A stretch of 52,115 bases of DNA from an uncultured Myxococcales bacterium (lineage in GTDB: Bacteria > Myxococcota > Kuafuiibacteriia > Kuafuiibacteriales > Kuafuiibacteriaceae): the NCBI GenBank assembly GCA_964477875.1, contig CAYZFR010000002.1:1-52115 (forward strand). Direction: 5' to 3'. The notes under the pieces were generated by a model, which did no database searches, was not told the origin of the DNA, and saw only the letters and a list, made by a program, of their open reading frames with translations. Position numbers and translations under genes: made by a program. Within the stretch, counting starts at the first letter, position 1. Each line of letters begins with the position of its first letter. This document shows positions 1 through 11,269 of the stretch, one piece after another.

Positions 1-1
1 G

Positions 2-148
2 GCAGGACATCCCGTCGGTGTCATTTCTCTCAGCGACGTCGCCCGTCAGACACCCAGCCTGTCCGAAGACGCCCCGGCGGCGAAGATCTTTGCCAAGACC
101 TACGCTGCCATCTGCCGCCGCAACGGACGCTCCCTCGCCCCAACCTGA
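2..148 (+). CDS. 3' end of a gene entering from the window edge (CBS-domain-like C-terminal tail)
   Basis: Frame 2 is open from the edge (..AGHPVGVISLSDVARQTPSLSEDAPAAKIFAKTYAAICRRNGRSLAPT) and ends at TGA 146-148. The GxPVGVIS(L)SDV string resembles the end of a CBS pair. Too short for a firm call. Confidence 0.3.
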   Translation, partial: AGHPVGVISLSDVARQTPSLSEDAPAAKIFAKTYAAICRRNGRSLAPT

Positions 149-192
149 TCCCCGGAAGTAGAGGTCCTGACGGAAACTGCCTCTTCAAGCTT

Positions 193-208
193 TGGCACGT
201 CCATTGCT
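193..208 (+). promoter_or_regulatory. Candidate sigma-54 (-24/-12) promoter TGGCAC-N5-TTGCT
   Basis: TGGCACgtccaTTGCT read directly at 193-208, matching the RpoN consensus TGGCAC-N5-TTGCW. It ends 13 nt before the ATG at 221, and no Shine-Dalgarno lies in between. Confidence 0.35.
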
Positions 209-220
209 AGCTCCTCTAGC

Positions 221-1105
221 ATGGACGTCAAAGCCTTCTACCATCCTCCGACCTTTACGCTGACCTATGTCGTGTCAAAGGGCCGCGATGCGGTCGTCAT
301 CGACCCTGTCCTCGACTTCGACCCGAACTCCGGAAATACGAACACGACCTCGGTCGAGGCGGTCCGGGAGTATCTGGAAACGAATGAACTCGAGATACGT
401 TTCATCCTGGAAACACATGCCCACGCCGACCACCTGAGCGGCTCGCAGTACCTGCGTGGCGTCACCGAGGCCCCGGTCGTCATCGGCCACCGGATTACCG
501 AGGTTCAGTCCGGCTTCAAGGACCTGCTGAGCCTCGACGAGGCCTTCCCTGTCGACGGCTCTCAGTTCGACCGCTTGGTTCGAGAAGGCGAGATCCTCAA
601 GGCCGGCGACCTGGAGATTCGGGTCCTCGAGACCCCCGGCCACACCCCGGCCTGCGTCAGCTACCTGATTGGTGACGCGGTCTTCACCGGCGACGCGCTG
701 TTCATGCCCGATTTCGGGACTGGGCGATGCGACTTCCCGAAAGGCTCCTCCGAAGCCCTCTACCACTCCATTCGGGACAAGCTCTACCGCCTGCCGGACA
801 CCACTCGGGTGTTCGTCGGCCATGATTACCAGCCCAACGGCCGAGCCCTGGCCTACGAGTCCACCATCGGAGAGTCAAAGGCCTATAATATCCAGCTCTC
901 GGCCGAGACGACGGAGAGCGTCTTCATCGAAATGCGGGACGGCCGAGACCGGGGGCTGCCGGCGCCCAAGCTCCTGTTCCAGAGCGTGCAGGTGAACATC
1001 GACGCCGGCCGCCTCCCGAAAGCGGATGCGCGAGGTCACCGCCAGCTGCGCATGCCAGTGAACCTGCTGCGTCCCGCCGACGAGGTCGGACGCCCCGTGG
1101 ACTGA
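221..1105 (+). CDS. MBL-fold metallo-hydrolase (glyoxalase II / persulfide dioxygenase-like)
   Basis: 294 aa. Has the THAHADH metal motif, later TPGHTP, a TGDALF/..GRCDF segment and GHDY. The C-terminal RDGRD..LPAPKLL..SVQVNI segment is typical of ETHE1/PDO-like members. The subfamily is a guess. Confidence 0.75.
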   Translation: MDVKAFYHPPTFTLTYVVSKGRDAVVIDPVLDFDPNSGNTNTTSVEAVREYLETNELEIRFILETHAHADHLSGSQYLRGVTEAPVVIGHRITEVQSGFKDLLSLDEAFPVDGSQFDRLVREGEILKAGDLEIRVLETPGHTPACVSYLIGDAVFTGDALFMPDFGTGRCDFPKGSSEALYHSIRDKLYRLPDTTRVFVGHDYQPNGRALAYESTIGESKAYNIQLSAETTESVFIEMRDGRDRGLPAPKLLFQSVQVNIDAGRLPKADARGHRQLRMPVNLLRPADEVGRPVD

Positions 1106-1389
1106 GGCCGAGCCGGCCCCAGGCCCCTCCGCCCCCGGACCGGGACGCCCATTCTCTGGCCCGCGTGGTCCCCTCCGGCTTTCTCGTAGACTCGGTTGTT
1201 CGAGTCAGGCCGCCACCGCGGCAGCATGACTGGATTTGAAATACGCTCGTCCTCAGCCCGCTGCTGGCCAAGCCCTTCGACGCGGAGCAGATGCGCTCCT
1301 TCTCAACTTGGTCGGAGCCTGAAGGCCACGAGGGCGGCGTACGGAGCGAGTTGCCCCGCGACTCCATTGGCTGCTACCTCGACTGCTGA

Positions 1390-2793
1390 ATGGGCCACGG
1401 CTTGATCCCAGCCCTGGCACTTCTGGCTTGGGTCCCGTTCACCTACTGGCTCCTCCAGAATCATCCGGTACCCAAGGCGGCTACCTATGCCCTCATGGGG
1501 GCCGCCCTGTTCCTGCCCAACCAGGTGGCCTTCGACCTTCCTCTCATTCCTCCACTGGACAAGGAGTCTCTCCCTCCCCTGGTGTTCCTGGTCTTCGCCC
1601 TCTTCCTATCACCGGCGGCGGTTCGCCGCGCCAAGCTGGGGACGGGTCCGGAGCTGCTGTTCCTTCTGGTTTTAATCGGGAGCATCGGAACCTGGTACTT
1701 CAACCGCAACGCGATCTACATCTCGGGCTGGCTCCAGTCCCACGTGTTGCCAGGGATGGGCCCTCGCGACACCCTCTTCATCGTAAATTCCAATCTCCTT
1801 CGCTTCATCCTGCCCTTCTGCGCCGCGCGAGTAGCAGTGCAGAGCGTCGCCGACTTTCGTTCCGTGATGCGTACGATCGTCATCCTGGGCCTGGTCTACG
1901 CGATCTTCGTACTGATCGAGGTTCGCATGAGCCCCCAGATCCACGCATGGGTGTACGGCTATCCGGGCCCCACCCAGAACTTCTCGCAAGCCATGAGGTG
2001 GGGTGGCTACCGCCCAAGCGTCTTTTTCCCCCACGGCCTCGGTCTGGCCATGTTCCTGCTCGCGGTTCTCCTCCTGCTGGCGGGCCTCTACAAGGCAAAG
2101 AAGCGCCTTTTTGGGATGTCCGTCCGCTGGTTCTTCTTCGGCTACTGCGTCATCCTGGTTCTCGAGAAGAGCACTGGGGCCATCGCTTACGCGGCTCTAT
2201 TTCTGCCGGTCCTGCTCTTTGCCCCTGTCATGCTCCAGCGCTGGTCCATCATCGCCGTGGCCGCCCTGGGGCTCGCCTACCCCGTGCTCATCGACGTGCT
2301 ACCCCGTCACGAGCTCGTCGATGCGATCACCGCGTACTCCCCGGAGAGGGCATCATCCCTCGCCTTCCGATTCGACAACGAAGACATTCTCGTCGAGCGA
2401 GCGAACAAAAAGTTTTGGGTAGGGTGGGGCAGTTTCGGCCGCAATCGCGTCTTCGATCCGGATACCGGGCTAGACGTGGCCGTTACCGACGGCGAATGGA
2501 TCATCCGGTTCGGTACTCAGGGGATGTTTGGCATGGCCACGGTGTTCCTACTCTTGATCGTGCCGGTCACTCAGCTCATGCGGCAGCTCAAGAGACACCG
2601 GCTCGGAAGAGAGCAGCATCTGATGCTCGGCGCAGCCATGTACATCGCGCTAGCATCCGCAGATCTCATCCTGAACGGATTACTCAGCTACTACATCCCG
2701 TTTTTCTTTGCCGGCTCCGTAGCCGGTCTCGCCCGACACCTGCGCGCCCTACCTCCCATTCGGGCAGGCAAACGGCACCGGGCTCAGTTGTAG
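1390..2793 (+). CDS. Polytopic membrane protein, O-antigen ligase/polymerase (Wzy_C)-like
   Basis: 467 aa with about 10-12 hydrophobic helices. A large loop (..ERANKKFWVGWGSFGRNRVF..TDGEWIIRFGTQGMFG..) resembles the Wzy_C periplasmic loop. Its 3' end overlaps the convergent cytochrome c gene by 10 nt. Confidence 0.45.
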   Translation: MGHGLIPALALLAWVPFTYWLLQNHPVPKAATYALMGAALFLPNQVAFDLPLIPPLDKESLPPLVFLVFALFLSPAAVRRAKLGTGPELLFLLVLIGSIGTWYFNRNAIYISGWLQSHVLPGMGPRDTLFIVNSNLLRFILPFCAARVAVQSVADFRSVMRTIVILGLVYAIFVLIEVRMSPQIHAWVYGYPGPTQNFSQAMRWGGYRPSVFFPHGLGLAMFLLAVLLLLAGLYKAKKRLFGMSVRWFFFGYCVILVLEKSTGAIAYAALFLPVLLFAPVMLQRWSIIAVAALGLAYPVLIDVLPRHELVDAITAYSPERASSLAFRFDNEDILVERANKKFWVGWGSFGRNRVFDPDTGLDVAVTDGEWIIRFGTQGMFGMATVFLLLIVPVTQLMRQLKRHRLGREQHLMLGAAMYIALASADLILNGLLSYYIPFFFAGSVAGLARHLRALPPIRAGKRHRAQL

Positions 2794-3347
2794 GTCTTCA
2801 CGTAGGCCATGATGTCCTGGAAGTCTTTGTCGGACATCGAGTCAGCGAAGTAGGGCATGACGGCCGGATAACCCCGAGCGATCTTTTTCTTGGAGTATAA
2901 GACCGACTCCTTGAAGTAACCGTCGTCGAAGGCCACGGCTTTTCCTCCCTCCAAGAGCGCCTGTTGGCCCCAGCGATTGTTCAGGTGCGGCCCGACCTTC
3001 CTCTGCCCGTTGAAACCGTGGCACCCGGCGCAGGCGTAGGTAATGTTGAAGTGACGCTCGCCTCGCTCGAGCTGAGTCATCTCCGACAGGTCGGTCTTCA
3101 GCTTCACGAGGGGCTTCAGCCCACCCTCTTTGGTCGCCACCATGGCGAGCGCCTTGTCGACGGGAATGCGGTACTTTTTGGTCTCTTCGACCTCGCCGTA
3201 GTCCGTCAGCATCTTGTGCTGTTGCTCGAGGTACGCTTCCTTGTCCGGGTATGGCTCGACCGGAAACAGGCTCACGTCCGGCACCCCGCACGCGACGATC
3301 GTGACCACAGTGGCCATGGAGAGGGTCTTGGATGGGAAGAGCTTCAT
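2784..3347 (-). CDS. Lipoprotein monohaem class-I cytochrome c, 7th gene of the ACIII operon
   Basis: One CAGCH haem motif plus a distal ..GYPAVMPYF.. Met. Resembles the cytochrome c domain of caa3 subunit II. Best start is the internal ATG at 3347 (MKLFPSKTLSMATVVTIVAC, lipobox IVAC) with AAGGA upstream. The track ORF extends to 3398. Confidence 0.7.
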   Translation of the reverse strand: MKLFPSKTLSMATVVTIVACGVPDVSLFPVEPYPDKEAYLEQQHKMLTDYGEVEETKKYRIPVDKALAMVATKEGGLKPLVKLKTDLSEMTQLERGERHFNITYACAGCHGFNGQRKVGPHLNNRWGQQALLEGGKAVAFDDGYFKESVLYSKKKIARGYPAVMPYFADSMSDKDFQDIMAYVKTYN

Positions 3348-3413
3348 CTCGAATCCTTTACAAACATCATGCCTCGGTCCCGCAGATTCGCAATCCAAAC
3401 GCGGCCGACCGCC

Positions 3414-4793
3414 TCAGTGGTTCTGAAAAGAAAGTGACTCCGGAAGCCGAGGGTCCTTGACCGGAACGAGATCCGCCCGTGCCGACACGAAAGCGAACGT
3501 CCCGAAGAACAGCGACACCACGCCAAACAAGCAAAGGACGTCGACGATGCTGAAGTGAGGGCTGGCATCCAAGATGGGCATCACCACGTAGTACAGATCG
3601 ACGTAGTGGATACCGAGCAGCCACACCGCACCCATGACCAGCGTGGTGGGGTTGCGCTTGATGCCTCGCGGCAAGAGGAAGAAGAAGGGAACGAAAAAGT
3701 GGCCGACCATCAAGGCCACGCCCACCTTCTCCCAGCCATTGATGCTCCGGTGGTAGTACCAGAGCGTCTCTTCGGGAATGTTCGCGTACCAAATCAGGAA
3801 GTACTGACTGAAGGCGATGTAGGTCCAGAAAACCGTGAAGCCGAAGAGGAGTTTGCCGATGTCATGGTAGTGCTCGGGGTTGATGATGCCCCGCACGTAG
3901 CCCGACCTCTGAAGCCCGATCGTCAACACCGCCAGACATCCGAAGATGGCGACCACGCAACCCGCGAAGTAGTACACCCCGAACATGGTCGAGAACCAGT
4001 GAGGGTCCATGGACTTCATCCAGTCGATGGCCGCGAAGGTAGTGGTGAAAGCGAACAAGATGACGCCCAGCGCAGAGAAGTTTTGCATCCGGCGGGTCAA
4101 ATCGTGCTCTCCACTATGGTCCTGACGGGTCGACGTCCGCCAGAAGAAAAACGCTAGAGCGCTCCATACCACCAGATAGAACACGGCTCGGAGCGTGAAG
4201 AAGCTTTCGTTCAGGTAGGGAGCCTTGTGGTCGAGGAGCGCGTCCTGACCCTCGAAATACCACCAATGGTAGTGGGTGCTGGACAGCCCAAAATAAACCG
4301 GGATGAACAGCAGCGCGAAGAGAGGGAGCGTCGCCATCACGTTCTCGGCGATGCGACGCACGACGACGCTCCAGCCGGCTCGAGCCAAGAACTGGATGAG
4401 GACGAAAAACAGGCCTCCGAGCGCCAGGCTGAGCCCGTACATGAAAGCCGTCAGATAAGAAAACGAGAAGCGCGTCAGCTCCGCATGGTGGCCTCCGTGG
4501 CCTTCGCCGCTCGGCTCGGCTCGATGGCCGCCCTCTTCTCCGTGTTCAGCTCCACCGTGCGCTGCAGCCCCGTGGTCGCCGTCAGCCTCGGCGTGCCCGT
4601 CGTCGGCCATCGCGACCGATTCGAAGCCGATCGAGGCATGCTCTTCGGCGCCGCCTTGTCCCAAGGCGAAGCCGAGAACCAGACACAGGATCCCCACACC
4701 CCAGAAGATGTATGGGTACTTGCGCCAGGGCGAATCGCTTTCGAAGCGCGTCTTGACGTCGGCGGGAATGGCCCGCAGTCGCTGATGACCCAT
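3414..4793 (-). CDS. actF: Alternative complex III subunit ActF (NrfD/PsrC-like quinol-binding membrane subunit 2)
   Basis: 459 aa polytopic protein, paralogous in style to ActC and sitting in the actABCDEF position. Carries a His/Gly/Glu-rich insert after TM1. Confidence 0.8.
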   Translation of the reverse strand: MGHQRLRAIPADVKTRFESDSPWRKYPYIFWGVGILCLVLGFALGQGGAEEHASIGFESVAMADDGHAEADGDHGAAAHGGAEHGEEGGHRAEPSGEGHGGHHAELTRFSFSYLTAFMYGLSLALGGLFFVLIQFLARAGWSVVVRRIAENVMATLPLFALLFIPVYFGLSSTHYHWWYFEGQDALLDHKAPYLNESFFTLRAVFYLVVWSALAFFFWRTSTRQDHSGEHDLTRRMQNFSALGVILFAFTTTFAAIDWMKSMDPHWFSTMFGVYYFAGCVVAIFGCLAVLTIGLQRSGYVRGIINPEHYHDIGKLLFGFTVFWTYIAFSQYFLIWYANIPEETLWYYHRSINGWEKVGVALMVGHFFVPFFFLLPRGIKRNPTTLVMGAVWLLGIHYVDLYYVVMPILDASPHFSIVDVLCLFGVVSLFFGTFAFVSARADLVPVKDPRLPESLSFQNH

Positions 4794-4796
4794 GAC

Positions 4797-5426
4797 TCAG
4801 TTCCAGCCTTTCTCTTTCGCGACGTCGTCGGGCACGGCGCTTCCGTCGGCGTAGGCCGCCCGCTGCAGCACGCGCACGTACGCCGCGATGGCCCAGCGGT
4901 CCCGCACTGGGATCTGGGCCCGATACGGCGGCATGTTGTTGTTCACACCATTCGTAATGACGTCGTAGAAGTGCCCGATGGGCATGGTCAGCAGGCGCTC
5001 GTTGTACAGCGCCGGCGGCTGAATGTTGCCACCTGAGTTCATGGACACCAAGCCCTTACCGGAGCCCGTCTTGGCGTGGCACGGCTGGCAGTAGATGTTG
5101 AAGCGCTCCTGTCCCCGGGCCAGGAACTCCTCGTTCAACTGCAACGGCTCCCCGTTCTCATCGACCTCCGGCAGGTCCTCGACCAGCTCCCCTTCGACCT
5201 TAGCGCGGTGAAGGTGGTCGTCGACCGTCAGCCCGCCGATTTTGACGGTACCTTCGACTGGCTTTCGATTCCCCATGGCCCCTGTGTATGGATTTTCTTC
5301 CTGCGGCTCGATCCGCTTCTGGAAGTCCATGTTCTGCTGGAGGTGGATCGGGGGTTCGGAAAACGTGCCGCCCTGGCACGCGGTGGCGAAAAGAGCCGCC
5401 ACCGTAATGAAACCTAGACTCTTCAT
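4797..5426 (-). CDS. actE: Alternative complex III subunit ActE (monohaem cytochrome c, probable lipoprotein)
   Basis: 209 aa. Signal peptide ends in ..FATAC. Single CQPCH motif. Position between actD and actF. Confidence 0.8.
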   Translation of the reverse strand: MKSLGFITVAALFATACQGGTFSEPPIHLQQNMDFQKRIEPQEENPYTGAMGNRKPVEGTVKIGGLTVDDHLHRAKVEGELVEDLPEVDENGEPLQLNEEFLARGQERFNIYCQPCHAKTGSGKGLVSMNSGGNIQPPALYNERLLTMPIGHFYDVITNGVNNNMPPYRAQIPVRDRWAIAAYVRVLQRAAYADGSAVPDDVAKEKGWN

Positions 5427-5428
5427 TT

Positions 5429-5958
5429 TCAGTCTTCCACCAGCTCGACGTGGCTAGCCCCCAACGACCTGAGAAACTCTGGAGTCTTCTCCGGGTCGAA
5501 CTGCGGGTCGTTGGCCTCGATCGAGATGAAGAACTTGTCGTCCGAGGCCGCCTTGAAGCGTTCGGACTCCAAGACGGGGTGATGCCAGCGTGGCAAGCGG
5601 TTCAAGAACAACATGCCCAAGACCGCCGACCCGGCCGAGAAAAGCACCATCACCTCGAAGGTGATCGGGATGAAGGCCTGCCAGGAAAAGAACGGCTTGG
5701 CTGCGATGATGATCGGGTAGTCGACGGCCGAGGTCCACCACTGGAGAAGCATTGCGCCTGACGCACCCGTGATGCCGCAGACGAACACGAAAAAAGGAAG
5801 ACGGGAGCGGGTCATGCCCATCGCGTCCTCCAGCCCATGGACCGGGAAAGGCGTGTGCGAATCCCACCTGGAGTACTTTGCGTCCCTGACCTTCTCACAG
5901 GCGTGGAAGATGGCGGGCGTGGTGTCGAACTGCGCCAGAACGCCAAAAGTCTTCTTAC

Positions 5959-5962
<4 letters not shown>
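5429..5962 (-). CDS. actD: Alternative complex III subunit ActD (DUF3341-like)
   Basis: 177 aa. Soluble N-terminal part, two central helices and the ..[10 protein letters not shown].. tail are typical of ActD. 4-nt overlap with actC. Confidence 0.75.
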
Positions 5963-7361
<1,399 letters not shown>

Positions 7362-7365
<4 letters not shown>

Positions 7366-10307
7366 CCGTTGGCCAACTCGGGGTTGGGATTGGTCAGCTT
7401 GGCGAGATACGTCGTCCGTGGGCGAATGTTGAGCTCGGCCAAAACGGCGTAGTTTCGGGGGTCCTTCTTCTTTTTGGCCACCTTCGTGTCCGGGTTGGCC
7501 ATGTCACCGAAGACGATGGCCCCCGTCGGGCAGGCCTGCTGGCAGGCAGTGACGATGGCGCCGTCCTTGATGTCGATGTCTCCTCCGCCAAACACCTTCT
7601 GGTGGATGCGGGCCTTCTGGATGCGCTGCGTGCAGTACGTGCACTTCTCCATCACGCCTCGGTAGCGCACGGTGACGTCCGGATTGCGCTGCATGGTGAT
7701 GCCCATCCCGTAGTCCTCGTCGTTGCGCACCGTGTAATGGAAGAAGTTGAAGCGCCGCACCTTGTAAGGGCAGTTGTTGGCGCAGTACCGAGTGCCGATG
7801 CAGCGGTTGTAGGCCATGTCGTTCAGGCCCTCGGGGCTGTGGGCCGAGGCACCGACCGGACACACGTTCTCGCAGGGCGCCGTCTCACACTGGCCGCAAG
7901 GCATGGGCTGGTACTTGACCTCGACCTCGCTCTCCGACTGCTCGAAGTATCGATCCACCCGGATCCAGTGCATTTCGCGTCCCTTGAGCACGTCGCTCTT
8001 GCCGACCCAAGGGATGTTGTTTTCTGCCTGGCAGGCGATGGTGCACGCGTTGCAGCCGGTGCACTGGTTGAGGTCGATGGTCATGGCCCACTGGTGCTTC
8101 CAGTCCTTGGCCCAAGGAAGGACGGGCTCTTCCCAGAGGAGCGACTCGATGTGCTCCTCCTTCATCACCTCGAACTTCTGAACGAAGTTTTCGTCTTCAG
8201 TGAAGTCGGTCTGGGTCGTACTCCGAACCAAGGGGCGGTCATGGAGTCCAGCTTCGATCTGGGCGCAGGCCAGCCGATAGCTTCCGCTGGCCCGGCTCAC
8301 CGAAGCTCCGCCGACGAAAGCGGCGCCGTCCACCGGACGGAGCCCGCTCACGTCGAAGCCGCTTCCAGCAAACTTGCCGTCGTCCGAGCGGCCGTAGCCG
8401 ATCGGGAGGACGACCACGTCATCCGCCGTGCCGGGTTGGATCCAGACCGGGAGCTCGAGGCTCTGGCCATCGACCGAAACCGACACCATCTGCTCGTTCT
8501 TTACGCCGAGCTTCTTGGCCGTCTTCGGTCCGAGGATGGCTGCGTTGTCCCAGGTCAGCTTGGTAATCGGATCCGGAAGCTCCTGCAGCCAGGGGCTGTT
8601 GGCGAAGCGGCCGTCCATCACCTTCAAGTCGCGGATGAAGACCAGCTCGGTGCCCTTCCCGGCCGCCTTCGGATAGGCAGCGACGAGACCGCTCGCGGTC
8701 AGCTCGAAGCCTTTCCGCTTCACCGGGTGCGAGTCGACGATCCCGTCGTGCAGCCAAACGGCCCAGGTCTTTTCGAAGTCGCCGTCGACGTGGGCCTTGT
8801 AAGTGGCCTTGACCTGCTCATAGCCGCTGGCGCCCTGTCCGAGAATCGCGGTCAGGATCTCGATGGGAGAAGCGGACTCGTGCAGCGGCGCGATGAGCGG
8901 CTGCTGTACGGACACGGTCCCATCTCGGGCCTGGAGGTCTCCCCAAGCCTCCAGATAGTGGCTCCTGGGCACGTGGAGCTTGGCGAGGCGCCCCGTCTCG
9001 TTCCGGAAAAGTCCCAGATGCAGGACCTGAGCCTTGCCCATCGCGTCGCCGAAGCCGGGCAGTTCGTGGGCTGGGTTGCCGCCCAGTACGACGACGTACT
9101 CGTGCTCGCCGCCCTTCATGGCCTCCACCAGATCGGCGGCCGATGACAGCTCGAGCCCGCTACGCTCGATCCACACCGCGATGCCGCCCTGTCGGGCAGG
9201 CATGGCCGCCGGCTGACCCTCGGCCTCGCCTTCCGACTCGGGGCGCGCAGGCGCAGCGCCGTAGGCCCCGAGCGCGCCGTTGATCAGATGCCCCAGGGCG
9301 TGGACCGCCGGCGGCTGCCGCTCGCCGACCACGACCAGCCCTCTGCCCTTGGCGGCCGCAAGATCCGCGGCAAGGGCCTTCACGAAGGCATCTCCGGCGT
9401 AGGCTTCGGCACCGGCCAGCTTGGGCAGATCGAAGCCTGCGGCGGCCAATCGAGCCGCCACGGCGGCCAAGACGCCGGGGACCTCGGAGGCCTTCACGGC
9501 CTTGCGATGGTCGGCGTTGGAGCCGGTCAAAGAGACGTGGGCTTCCGTCACGTAGAGCCGGTTCTTCTCTTTGGCGTCGGGATCCCGACCCTCGGCGAAA
9601 ATCCTGGAGAAGGCGACGGTGTCGCCTTCGGTCGCCATCGGATCGGCGTCGAAGACGGCCATGACCGCCGGTGCCGAGGCTATCGCCATGCTGGCGCCAG
9701 TGATGCCGGCCATGGCGGCACCGGCCCGGGCGTTCGCCTCTCCGAGGCCGTCATGTGCGTACAGCTTGGCGCCCGGCATCTCCGTCGCCAGCTGGCCGAG
9801 GAGGCGCTCCATGGTGGGCGAGGGCGTGTCGTCGATCAGCACCGCGAGGCCTCTCCCGCCCGCGTCCCGAGCCGTCTTGCCCATCGCCCGAATCGCGTCC
9901 ATGGCCGCCTTGGGCTCGACAGAGGCCCCGTCCAGGAAAGCGGTCCGGCTGCGATCCGGGTCGTAGAGCTCCAGCACCGAGGCCTGAGCCCAGGGCGGGG
10001 TCCCGCCTCGGCTCAGCGGATGGTTCGGGTTGCCGTCGACCTTCGTCGGCCGTCCGTCGTTAGAGCGCACGTTCAGCCCCAAAACGGAGCCGCCCAAGGC
10101 CACGGCGGTCGCGTAGTATTCAGGCCTGCCGGGCACTCGATCCTCGGGTCGCCGCCCGAAGGGCAGGATCTTCTCGTAGGGCTTGCGAATGCAGGCCGCG
10201 GTGTTGAGCGAAGCCATCGTAGCGCCCATCGCCGACAGAAAGGTTCGGCGGCTGGGGCTCTTGGGCTTGGCCATCATGCTCTCGTTTTTCGTGGTCATCG
10301 GTGGCAC
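7362..10307 (-). CDS. actB: Alternative complex III subunit ActB (molybdopterin-oxidoreductase-like domain fused to 4-cluster FeS domain)
   Basis: 981 aa. Tat signal [12 protein letters not shown]-terminal Cys clusters [44 protein letters not shown] and CTYCTQR..ACQQACP. Confidence 0.9.
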
Positions 10308-10951
10308 CCTGAGCAGTTCTGAGGAGGCTGGAGTTGGTTGCGGATTCGGTGAGGGTCAGAGGCCCAGTCGTATTTGGCGGCCTCTGGCGAGTCCTCCCAG
10401 CCCATTGTCGTGATCTCCGAATAGGGCCGCAGGTTCGGCTCCGGGTTACGGTGACAGCGGAGGCACCATCCCATGGAGAGCGGTGAGTGGAGGGCCACCT
10501 TCTCCATCTGGTCGATCCGCCCGTGACAGGTTTCGCAGCCCAGGCCGGCGGTCACGTGCACGTTGTGCGCGAAGTACGAGTAGTCGGGAAGCTGATGCAC
10601 CTTGATCCACGGGATCGGCTCTCCCGTCTCGTAGGACTCCCGGACCAGAGCCAGCTTCTCACTGTTCTTCTTCACGTAGGCGTGACAGTTCATGCACGTC
10701 TCCGCGGGCGGAATGGCTGCGTAGGCGGCCCGATCCACGGTGTTGTGGCAGTACCGGCAGTCGATGCCGAGTTTCCCAGCGTGGAGCTTGTGGCTGTAGG
10801 CCACCGGCTGCGTCGGCATGTAGCCGACGTCCGTGAAGTACGGGGAGAACCAATACAGCATGCCGAAAACGACCCCGACCCCGATGATCGGGACCGAGAC
10901 GGCGACGATGGTTGGGATTTTATTCGTCCACCTAGGGAAGGTATGACTCAC
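10295..10951 (-). CDS. actA: Alternative complex III subunit ActA (pentahaem cytochrome c, N-terminal TM anchor)
   Basis: Five CxxCH motifs (CRYCH, CMNCH, CETCH, CLRCH, CSGCH). I prefer the GTG start at 10951 (VSHTFPRWTNKIP + TM helix, GAAGGG upstream). Alternative starts are ATG 11023 and TTG 11035 (the track ORF). Confidence 0.85.
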   Translation of the reverse strand: MSHTFPRWTNKIPTIVAVSVPIIGVGVVFGMLYWFSPYFTDVGYMPTQPVAYSHKLHAGKLGIDCRYCHNTVDRAAYAAIPPAETCMNCHAYVKKNSEKLALVRESYETGEPIPWIKVHQLPDYSYFAHNVHVTAGLGCETCHGRIDQMEKVALHSPLSMGWCLRCHRNPEPNLRPYSEITTMGWEDSPEAAKYDWASDPHRIRNQLQPPQNCSGCHR

Positions 10952-11202
10952 GTTGTGACCCTTCTCGCTTGAATGGAGCCAGGGGGGCTCCGCCCAAAGC
11001 GTCGCGAAGCTAGCACCGGGCATCGAACCCTGCAAGCCGATGAGGACCTAGGAAATTTCGCACGGAATGCCGCGATCGCGCCCTGATGGGCACGATTCGA
11101 ACGCCTTGTCTCTGAACGGTCCCCGAGGCCGGAACTGGCCTCGAAGAGCCCGTATCCGCCCATGGGCGCACAACCTTCGACCACGGCGTCTGGTCCGGAC
11201 GC

Positions 11203-11235
11203 AAAAAGGGGCGAGGCCGCGGTCGACCTCGCCCC
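11203..11235 (-). terminator. Rho-independent terminator downstream of pufC
   Basis: Minus strand reads GGGGCGAGG-tcgaccgcgg-CCTCGCCCC followed by TTTTTGC. A 9-bp GC-rich stem plus a T5 run, about 35 nt after the pufC stop. Confidence 0.6.
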
Positions 11236-11269
11236 CGGAAAGAGAACGAATGACCGGCCGAAGGGGTAC

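Noticed and set aside
1428-2900. 490-aa alternative-frame ORF overlapping the Wzy-like gene
   Set aside because: Its Arg/Pro/Gly/Ser-rich composition has no hydrophobic periodicity. The 1390-2793 frame gives a coherent polytopic membrane protein.
11036-11202. Possible small gene (pufX-like, extra LH or RC subunit) or PpsR site between pufC and actA
   Set aside because: I found no ORF with a credible start/RBS and hydrophobic helix, and no TGT-N12-ACA. The region is best explained as a terminator plus the actA promoter and leader.
11036-11269. Reading pufBALMC-actABCDEF as one obligatory operon
   Set aside because: A strong intrinsic terminator (11203-11235) follows pufC. Adjacency is real, but co-transcription can only be partial read-through until it is tested.
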